From a virus, in UHGV virus genome UHGV-0394577: a DNA stretch of 11,770 nt; one strand, given 5' to 3'. This document shows positions 1-5,679 of this stretch, piece by piece. Both the position numbers and the translations under genes were made by a program. The notes under the pieces are model-generated. The model was given only the letters and a program-made list of their open reading frames with translations, searched no databases and had not been told where the DNA came from. How positions within the stretch are numbered: the stretch's first letter is position 1; each line of letters opens with the position of its first letter.

Positions 1-73
1 CACTTCAGGAAGATTTAACAAATCACTCAAAAAACGCAAAGACAGAACAGCACCAAGATATAAAGCGCTGGAG

Positions 74-274
74 ATGACAGAGCACGCCTTAAAGGTGGCT
101 ATAAAAGTGATAGACATCACAGCGGGAGAAGGATACGCGAAAGCACATCCCGAACTGATAAGCGCATTCATGACCACAGCGGCGGCAAACTTTGCCACGC
201 TGACAGAGCGGGAGATTGCCGAAGCGGAACAGGTAACAACCATCAACGTTAAAACCGGAGAGGTGAAATCATGA
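74..274 (+). CDS. hypothetical protein, possibly 5'-truncated by the window edge
   Basis: ORF track 66 aa. The same frame is open back to position 2, and the GGAG directly abuts the ATG at 74 (poor spacing), so the true start may lie upstream of the window. Stop overlaps the ssb start (ATGA). Confidence 0.4.
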   Translation: MTEHALKVAIKVIDITAGEGYAKAHPELISAFMTTAAANFATLTEREIAEAEQVTTINVKTGEVKS

Positions 275-681
275 CAGCACAGATAGCCGCTTACGGGCGG
301 CTGGTGGACGACCCGCAGGTAAAACAGACCAGCAAGGGCACACCGATGACGCTGGCGCGTATGGCGGTATCGTTGCCATGCAGTCAGGCGCAGGACGGGC
401 AGGCAACGTTATGGCTGTCGGTCCTGGCATTTGGCAAACAGGCCGACCAACTGGCAGGACATGAGAAAGGCAACGTAATCAGCGTATCCGGCGTGATGCA
501 GGTCAGTCAGTGGACCGGACAGGACGGGGAGACGCGTCAGGGTTATCAGGTCATTGCCGACAGCGTAATCAGTGCGAAAACGGTGCGACCAGGCGGCAGC
601 AGACGCAAAACCACAGGCACACAGGGTAATCAGCCACCAGCGGGAGGCGATGACCCTTACGGTGATGATATTCCGTTCTGA
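271..681 (+). CDS. ssb: single-stranded DNA-binding protein (SSB) homolog
   Basis: 136 aa; OB-fold-like N-terminal region alignable by eye to E. coli SSB (LVDDPQV, W..V.AFGKQA, QWTGQDGETR), Gly/Pro-rich linker and the characteristic acidic C-terminal tail ending DDIPF; SD GGAGAGGTG upstream. Confidence 0.8.
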   Translation: MTAQIAAYGRLVDDPQVKQTSKGTPMTLARMAVSLPCSQAQDGQATLWLSVLAFGKQADQLAGHEKGNVISVSGVMQVSQWTGQDGETRQGYQVIADSVISAKTVRPGGSRRKTTGTQGNQPPAGGDDPYGDDIPF

Positions 682-691
682 GGGGGTGACG

Positions 692-964
692 ATGGTACAT
701 GACCGCATAGCGGAAGAACTCGAAGCGAAAGGATTTTACCGGAGGGCGGCGGCGCGATGGGGTGAAGTCATGATGCTGGTGGAGACAGACAAGGAACGGC
801 ATCACATCACGATGCGACGGCTGGAATGTTCCAGGAAGGCACAGAGGCCACCGGAGCCGCCTGATAATTTCGGAGACCTGAGAAATGCAGTCAATCGCAC
901 TTGTGCCGAAATGGGTATAGATGGTGCTGGTGATGAAATATGGCGCAATTACCAGGACAGCTAA
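692..964 (+). CDS. PerC-family transcriptional regulator-like protein
   Basis: 90 aa starting at ATG 692 (SD GAGGGGG at 681-687), internal to track ORF 572..964. N-terminal motif AEELEAKGFYRRAAARWGEVM resembles the PerC/Pch signature (LE.KG.WRRAA.RW..VM) as recalled from memory. Confidence 0.55.
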   Translation: MVHDRIAEELEAKGFYRRAAARWGEVMMLVETDKERHHITMRRLECSRKAQRPPEPPDNFGDLRNAVNRTCAEMGIDGAGDEIWRNYQDS

Positions 965-971
965 TCACACT

Positions 972-994
972 GCCGGAGAAATCCGGCTTTTTTT
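972..994 (+). terminator. rho-independent terminator (hairpin GCCGGAGAAATCCGGC + T7)
   Basis: Perfect 6-bp GC-rich stem with 4-nt loop followed by 7 T, 8 nt after the stop of the PerC-like gene. Confidence 0.6.
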
Positions 995-1089
995 GCGCCA
1001 GTTGAAACGGTATGGCGCATTACCGGCTTTTCGTCACGGTCCGGCATAGTTACTATCTGAAACAAACAGACACAACAGAGGAAAAAACA

Positions 1090-1314
1090 ATGCCGATGAT
1101 ATTTGATGAGATATTAAAACAGCGTGATAAATACCATGCTGACAACATGGAGACGATGAACATCACTGATTACCGCGCATTCCTGGAAACGGGCGCGCTA
1201 ATCGAAAAGGATCGGCATGGATTTGTCAGATGTGCGCTATCCGGTGAAATGCTGGCGGTAAATCCTGAACAGATAGATGCATTGATAGAATTTCTGAAAG
1301 GGATCAGAGACTGA
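1090..1314 (+). CDS. hypothetical protein (74 aa)
   Basis: ATG at 1090 preceded by AGAGGAAAAAACA; internal start of track ORF 1012..1314; followed by terminators. Confidence 0.5.
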   Translation: MPMIFDEILKQRDKYHADNMETMNITDYRAFLETGALIEKDRHGFVRCALSGEMLAVNPEQIDALIEFLKGIRD

Positions 1315-1334
1315 GCCAGCACACAGCACACATA

Positions 1335-1356
1335 GCCGGAGCAATCCGGCTTTTTT
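1335..1356 (+). terminator. rho-independent terminator (hairpin GCCGGAGCAATCCGGC + T6)
   Basis: Second copy of the hairpin seen at 972-987 with one loop substitution, followed by a T-run. Confidence 0.55.
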
Positions 1357-1362
1357 GTACCC

Positions 1363-1404
1363 AAAAAAAGCCCGATAAGGTCAGAGGGGGCTTATCGGGC
1401 TTTT
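1363..1404. terminator. possible bidirectional terminator (A7 - AGCCCGATAAG...CTTATCGGGCT - T4)
   Basis: 11-bp inverted repeat flanked by an A-run on one side and a T-run on the other. Confidence 0.45.
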
Positions 1405-1482
1405 GCATATGAGGTTTTTTTGGTGCGCTGACACACATGATCGGGATGATAATTTCATAATTTGCAACATAACTCAATATCA

Positions 1483-1510
1483 TTGCACAAAATGCAATCC
1501 TGATTATAAT
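1483..1510 (+). promoter_or_regulatory. candidate sigma70 promoter for the head-gene operon, overlapped by a palindromic operator
   Basis: TTGCAC (1483-1488), 16-bp spacer, TATAAT (1505-1510). Perfect inverted repeat ATTGCA-n5-TGCAAT (1482-1498) overlaps the -35/spacer. About 55 bp upstream of the ORF at 1567. Confidence 0.3.
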
Positions 1511-1566
1511 CATAACTGGATGAACATACAGTTATGATTTTTTAAGTCGAAGAGGAATTTCTTACT

Positions 1567-1773
1567 ATGGCTGAAGAGAAAAAAGGCGGTGTTTCGGTGT
1601 ACATAAGCCCCGAAATCGTGGAGGTGCTCAAGCAGCGCCACAAAAAAAACTATGAGGCTGGCGTTGCGGCTGGACTGGATCCGCTGATGACGCCGGAGCC
1701 GTCGATAGGTTCACTTGTGCGATCTTATTTACTTGCGGCGCTTGGGATGCACAAAAATTATGGGGGCGAATAA
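1567..1773 (+). CDS. hypothetical protein (68 aa) immediately upstream of the major capsid gene
   Basis: ATG with AGAGGA SD; stop TAA overlaps the capsid ATG (TAATG), suggesting translational coupling. Confidence 0.5.
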   Translation: MAEEKKGGVSVYISPEIVEVLKQRHKKNYEAGVAAGLDPLMTPEPSIGSLVRSYLLAALGMHKNYGGE

Positions 1774-2828
1774 TGGCAGTCAAAGCAATAGCACTTAACA
1801 CACACCAGCTTTTCGCGTACCTGAATCGCGAGGATATTGCGGAATTTAAATTTAGTCCGCTGTTTACCGCGCTGTTTTTCCCGAACGTGGCGACATTCAA
1901 CACGCAGGACATCATGTTAGATAACCTGGATATTGAAGAAGTCACTATGTCGGCGTTTTGTTCGCCTATGGTTGGCAGCCAGGTTCAGCGCGATAAAGGG
2001 TACGAAACCAGCATTATCCGCCCTGGCTACATGAAGCCAAAACACGAAATCGATCCATTAAAAACAATAATGCGCATGGCTGGAGAAGATCCGGCACAGC
2101 TTAACGATCCTACCTACCGCCGTATGCGCCTGATTACTGGCAACATGCGCCGCCAGATAAACGCCATTAAAGCGCGTGTTGAATGGCTGGCGGTGAATGC
2201 GGTAACGACCGGAAAAAACATCATTGAGGGCGAAGGCATAGAACGCTATGAAATCGACTGGAAGATACCGGAAAAAAACATCATAGAGCAGGCCAAAGGC
2301 CGTAAATGGTCCGAGCAGGATAAAGACATACACGACCCAATCTATGACATTGAGCTATACGCAGATCAGGCAGGTTGCCCCGCCAACGTCATGATTATGG
2401 GCGTTGATGTATGGCGCATGTTACGCAGCTTTAAAAAATTCCGTGAGCTGTACGATCTTTCCCGTGGTTCAGAATCCGCCGCAGAGCTGGCATGTAAAAA
2501 CCTGGGCGAAGTGGTGAGCTTTAAAGGCTATCTTGGTGATCTGGCCCTTATCGTCTATTCCGGCAAATACACTGACAGCGACGGCACAGAAAAATATTTC
2601 CTTGAGCCTGATTTGCTGGTCCTGGGCAACACCAACAATAAAGGGCTGGTGGCCTATGGTGCGATTATGGAACAGGAAGCGGTAAGAACGGGCGCAACGC
2701 AAAACATGTTTTACCCGAAAAACTGGATTGAAGACGGCGATCCGGCGATTGAGTACGTGCAGACACACAGCGCACCGCAGCCGGTACCGGCAGATATTCG
2801 CAAATTTGTTACCGTCAAAATTGGTTAA
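1773..2828 (+). CDS. major capsid protein, phage lambda gpE-like
   Basis: 351 aa; colinear similarity to lambda E recalled from memory (FKFSPLFTALFF, PGYMKPKHEI, DPTYRRMRL, WRMLRSFK, RGSESAAELACKNLGEVVSFKGYLGDLALIVYSGKY, LVLGNTNNKGL, YPKNWIEDGDPA, C-terminal FVTVKIG). Confidence 0.92.
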   Translation: MAVKAIALNTHQLFAYLNREDIAEFKFSPLFTALFFPNVATFNTQDIMLDNLDIEEVTMSAFCSPMVGSQVQRDKGYETSIIRPGYMKPKHEIDPLKTIMRMAGEDPAQLNDPTYRRMRLITGNMRRQINAIKARVEWLAVNAVTTGKNIIEGEGIERYEIDWKIPEKNIIEQAKGRKWSEQDKDIHDPIYDIELYADQAGCPANVMIMGVDVWRMLRSFKKFRELYDLSRGSESAAELACKNLGEVVSFKGYLGDLALIVYSGKYTDSDGTEKYFLEPDLLVLGNTNNKGLVAYGAIMEQEAVRTGATQNMFYPKNWIEDGDPAIEYVQTHSAPQPVPADIRKFVTVKIG

Positions 2829-2839
2829 CGGGGGATTCT

Positions 2840-3175
2840 ATGAACACTCCATACATTGAGTTATTTGCAGGCAGTCAGCAGGTATCAACGACGCTGGTAC
2901 ATTTTGCCGCTGATGCTGGCGTTATTCAGGAATTTACCCCGCTGATGCTGGTGGACAATGGCGAGTTTAAGCCGTGGGATGGTCAGGAATCTGGCAAGGC
3001 TGTTTATCTGACCTCGTACCCCGTGGACACGTCGACGCAGAAATCAGCACAGTGCTACAAGACGGGGATATTCAATATTGCCGCCGTTAACTGGCCTGAG
3101 AGCGTCGACACCGATGCGAAAAAATGCGCCGCCTTTGCGGGTTCTGGCGTATCCGTTCAGCCGCTGGCCCGATAA
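2840..3175 (+). CDS. head decoration protein, phage lambda gpD-like
   Basis: 111 aa (lambda D is about 110 aa); shared motifs TPLML, WDG, YKTGIF, WPE, AFAGSG; SD GGGGGAT. Gene order here is E then D, the reverse of lambda. Confidence 0.8.
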   Translation: MNTPYIELFAGSQQVSTTLVHFAADAGVIQEFTPLMLVDNGEFKPWDGQESGKAVYLTSYPVDTSTQKSAQCYKTGIFNIAAVNWPESVDTDAKKCAAFAGSGVSVQPLAR

Positions 3176-3187
3176 GCAGGGGGAACG

Positions 3188-3601
3188 ATGGCAACGAATG
3201 AAAGCATCATGACGCTACCGCTGGCGAGTAAATTTAAAGCCGAAGCGCGTGCAATGGCTGACAGAGGTTTATCAACCTATGAGGCCGTATATCAACTAAA
3301 CAAACTGGAAGAGCAGGACAAGCCGCGCGCTGATGCGATTATGGCGCTTCATGAGCATAAAGACTATCAGCCGCTGTTGCGTGCAATGGCAAACGTGCCA
3401 TGTATTAGCGTCGATAATGCTCGTGAAATCCTGAACATGACCATAGACCAGGAGCGCCCAAAGGTTGCGCCGGAGCTTACCGCAGCCTTTGAAAACTTTA
3501 TGGACATGCACAGCCCGCAAGCCGTATCAGCAGGCATGGCATACGATGGAAGAAACCCTGGCGATGACGGCGACATCGATCGCATACTGAAAACCATCTG
3601 A
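3188..3601 (+). CDS. hypothetical protein (137 aa), in the position occupied by FI in lambda
   Basis: Good SD (AGGGGGAA); acidic C-terminus; followed directly by a terminator. No recognisable sequence similarity, positional inference only. Confidence 0.5.
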   Translation: MATNESIMTLPLASKFKAEARAMADRGLSTYEAVYQLNKLEEQDKPRADAIMALHEHKDYQPLLRAMANVPCISVDNAREILNMTIDQERPKVAPELTAAFENFMDMHSPQAVSAGMAYDGRNPGDDGDIDRILKTI

Positions 3602-3606
3602 GACAG

Positions 3607-3631
3607 GCCGGAGAAATCCGGCTTTTTTTTT
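3607..3631 (+). terminator. rho-independent terminator (hairpin GCCGGAGAAATCCGGC + T9)
   Basis: Third copy of the same hairpin, identical to the copy at 972-987; the T-run runs into the cosQ-like sequence. Confidence 0.6.
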
Positions 3632-3698
3632 ACGGGTCCTTTCCGGCATATGGACCCGTTACGGGGCGGCGACCTCGCGCGTTTTCGCTATTTATGAG
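3631..3698 (+). other. lambda-type cos site (cos1): cosQ-like TACGGGTCCTTTCCGG, cosN GGGCGGCGACCT at 3664-3675, start of cosB
   Basis: TTTACGGGTCCTTTCCGG...GTTACGGGGCGGCGACCTCGCG.GTTTTCGCTATTTATGA matches the joined right and left ends of phage lambda DNA as recalled from memory; lies upstream of the Nu1-like gene as in lambda. Confidence 0.75.
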
Positions 3699-3808
3699 CC
3701 TTTTCGGGTTGGTGGTGGTGGTTTTGTTGTTCGCTCTATCTCCATGAATAAAAAGGGAAAGATAACACCAACACACCAACCTGAAGCATTAATTAAGTGG
3801 GGGTATTG

Positions 3809-4351
3809 ATGAAATCGCACCTGATGAACAAAAAAACTATGGCGCAAAGCTGCCGCGTAAGCGCCACTGCGTTCGATAAGTGGGGAGTAACTCCCGTTGA
3901 GCGTAAAGGCCGTGAGGCGTTTTATGATGTTGCTAGCGTGATAGACAATAGGGTTAACAATGCAATTAACCAGCTTACAAACGACAAAGGCGAGATTGAT
4001 GATGATGAACTTTTACGCGTAAGAATCAGATTAATGACGGCCCAGGCGGAAGCGCAGGAACTTAAAAACGAGCGCGAACGCGGCGAGGTGATTGATACAG
4101 AGTTTTGCATGTACGCGCTTTCAAAACTGGCAAGTCAGATTTCTTCAATCATGGACAGCCTCCCGCTTACTATGCAAAGGAACTTCCCACAGATGCCCCC
4201 CGCTATGCTGCATGGGCTTAAGAGGGAAGTAGTTAAAGCCTGTAATGCCAGTGCCAGAGTTGCCGACAACCTCCCACAGATACTGGCTGATTACTTGAAA
4301 GAAACAACCGGAAACGTACCGGAAAAGTTGCTACAGAAGAAAGGCGAGTAA
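3809..4351 (+). CDS. terminase small subunit, lambda Nu1-like
   Basis: Track ORF 3797..4351 begins at GTG; ATG 3809 follows a GGGGG SD. The middle and C-terminal regions resemble lambda Nu1 (RLMTAQAEAQELKNERERGEVIDTEFCMYALSKLASQISSIMDSLPLTMQRNFPQ; LKREVVKACNASA), while the N-terminal putative DNA-binding region is divergent. Confidence 0.85.
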   Translation: MKSHLMNKKTMAQSCRVSATAFDKWGVTPVERKGREAFYDVASVIDNRVNNAINQLTNDKGEIDDDELLRVRIRLMTAQAEAQELKNERERGEVIDTEFCMYALSKLASQISSIMDSLPLTMQRNFPQMPPAMLHGLKREVVKACNASARVADNLPQILADYLKETTGNVPEKLLQKKGE

Positions 4352-4380
4352 CAGACGCGCAATTATTGAACAAAAATGAG

Positions 4381-4441
4381 AAAGGATCTGATAATGGCAT
4401 TTTCTGGCTAAAATGCCTCGTGTCAGATCCTTTCTTTTTTT
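4381..4441 (+). terminator. compound hairpin + T-run: likely terS terminator and, on the opposite strand, the R-element hairpin of cos2 cosB
   Basis: AAAGGATCTGA...TCAGATCCTTT inverted repeat with nested GGCATTTT/AAATGCC stem, followed by T7; geometry mirrors the lambda cosB inverted R elements. Confidence 0.5.
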
Positions 4442-4472
4442 AATATTTTCATTGTTAAACAGTCTGTTACAG

Positions 4473-4571
4473 AGAAGAAGAACGGATCTGACTTTTGCCG
4501 GAAAATTTTCATAAACAGATAAAATCCGCGAGGTCGCCGCCCCGTAACGGGCCATAATTCCAGGAAGGACC
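4473..4571 (-). other. second lambda-type cos site in inverted orientation (cos2): cosQ-like, cosN (4531-4542, minus strand), R3-like CCGTTCTTCTTC
   Basis: Reverse complement reads CGGGTCCTTCC...CCGTTACGGGGCGGCGACCTCGCGGATTTT...TTTATGAAAATTTTCCGG...CCGTTCTTCTTC, matching lambda cos further into cosB than cos1 does. Confidence 0.7.
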
Positions 4572-4606
4572 CGACGACACCAGACTATCAGAACGATGGG
4601 GGCACA

Positions 4607-4888
4607 ATGACAGAAGCCGAACTACTGGGATTAATACGCCGCGTCGCCGGAATCAGCCAGCAGGCTGACGAACAGACCGCGCAGCCGGACAGCGTGACCG
4701 CCGAAAATTACGCGCGTGTGGTTGCTGAGGTGATGCGCCGTGATGGTATCCAGCTTAATGGCGTTGATATGCGCAACATACGGATACGCGTTCTTGAAAT
4801 GCTGGCCTACCGTCGCCGCGTGCAGACGTACAGGGAAAAAGCAAAAATTACGTACCACTGGAAGAAGCCGGAACGACTGCGTACGTAA
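4607..4888 (+). CDS. hypothetical protein (93 aa)
   Basis: ATG with GATGGGGG SD; basic C-terminus; stop overlaps the palindrome CGTACGTAATACGTACG. Confidence 0.5.
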   Translation: MTEAELLGLIRRVAGISQQADEQTAQPDSVTAENYARVVAEVMRRDGIQLNGVDMRNIRIRVLEMLAYRRRVQTYREKAKITYHWKKPERLRT

Positions 4889-5108
4889 TACGTACGGATA
4901 TCGAGATAAAGACGGTTTTTTTACCCCACTGGGGAAAAGGTACGCACCTGAATCATCATTATCGTGATCAAGGGTATGTAAAGCCCACCAGCCTGATCAA
5001 CAGTTAACCGGAAAAAAAGCCAGGTATGGGGGGGTAGTGGTTAGCCACGAACAACGAACAAGCTGGACACCGCGCCCACTCTCACGCAGAGAAAAAATTA
5101 CCGTTTCG

Positions 5109-5236
5109 TAGTAGTTAACATGTTAACTACCTGATGAAGTGTTTTTATTGATTTTCCCTTTATGATTCATCTGGTTGCGTGCAAAAAATGTTAACTACCT
5201 TTTTGGTAAAAATGTTAACAGGGCAGCGGTTAACAT
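5109..5236. repeat. cluster of five GTTAAC-containing repeats (ATGTTAACTACCT twice)
   Basis: GTTAAC at about 5112, 5121, 5188, 5213 and 5228 within 125 bp of non-coding DNA; possible operator array. Confidence 0.4.
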
Positions 5237-5365
5237 TTAACCTGGCAAAAATTCCGGTAGGTGGTGATCCCCATATCGGGGAACATCCACCAGCTTCGTT
5301 TTTATAAATTAAACACCTGGGAAAATCAGACTCTGAATTGTGCATTTTTTCAGCAAATCATTTTA

Positions 5366-5385
5366 GTTATACGTTTGGTTATACG
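5366..5385. repeat. two direct GTTATACG repeats (12-bp spacing)
   Basis: GTTATACG at 5366-5373 and 5378-5385. Confidence 0.45.
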
Positions 5386-5468
5386 GTTTAAAAGTTGAAT
5401 CAGGAACATTCTTTTAAATCATTCAGTTACATGATCAATTAAACTACTCTCGTGCCGACCAAATTGCC

Positions 5469-5494
5469 CACCGGATATCACCGGAAAGCACCGA
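5469..5494. repeat. three direct CACCGGA repeats at 10-bp phasing
   Basis: CACCGGATATCACCGGAAAGCACCGA; the same dimer recurs at 5553-5569 and 7383-7399. Confidence 0.45.
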
Positions 5495-5509
5495 ATAAGA
5501 CAGGGATAA

Positions 5510-5540
5510 CCCGCTAATCACTTGATTGGCGGGTTTTTTT
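5510..5540 (+). terminator. rho-independent terminator (CCCGCTAATC / GATTGGCGGG stem + T7)
   Basis: 10-bp stem (one G-U pair), 4-nt loop, 7 T; sits between the two CACCGGA repeat sets upstream of int. Confidence 0.5.
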
Positions 5541-5552
5541 ATGGTTTTTAGT

Positions 5553-5569
5553 CACCGGATATCACCGGA
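5553..5569. repeat. CACCGGATATCACCGGA direct repeat (second copy)
   Basis: Identical 17-mer to 5469-5485. Confidence 0.45.
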
Positions 5570-5596
5570 TTTATAAGCTATCAGCCGGATTTTTTA

Positions 5597-5644
5597 GTTA
5601 TACGCTTAGTTATACGGGCTGGCGTATAACTAAAGCCGTATAAC
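5597..5644. promoter_or_regulatory. symmetric array of GTTATACG motifs (two direct then two inverted) just upstream of int
   Basis: GTTATACG at 5597 and 5609, CGTATAAC at 5623 and 5637, forming an imperfect palindrome of about 50 bp centred near 5620, 35-85 bp upstream of the int ATG. Candidate integrase arm-type or regulator binding sites. Confidence 0.45.
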
Positions 5645-5679
5645 TAAAACCCTGTTTTTTCGTGTGGAATCATAGACAT

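Noticed and set aside
409-805. Minus-strand ORFs 409..708 and 569..805 and the upstream part of plus ORF 572..964
   Set aside because: Overlap the SSB gene antisense or out of frame; the PerC-like gene is better explained as starting at ATG 692 with a strong SD.
4874-4920. Palindrome CGTACGTAATACGTACG followed 20 nt later by a T-run, as a terminator for the 4607..4888 gene
   Set aside because: Hairpin loop is too small and the T-run too far from the stem for a canonical intrinsic terminator; noted only as a palindrome.
5250-5300. Possible tRNA 3' fragment or att core (GGTGATCCCCATATCGGGGAACATCCACCA)
   Set aside because: Ends in CCA and has a short hairpin but lacks a recognisable T-arm or acceptor-stem pattern; cannot be supported as a tRNA remnant without a search.
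5160-5345. 61-aa minus-strand ORF in the int-upstream spacer
   Set aside because: No RBS, overlaps the GTTAAC repeat array, and the translation is not protein-like; the spacer is more likely regulatory or att DNA.
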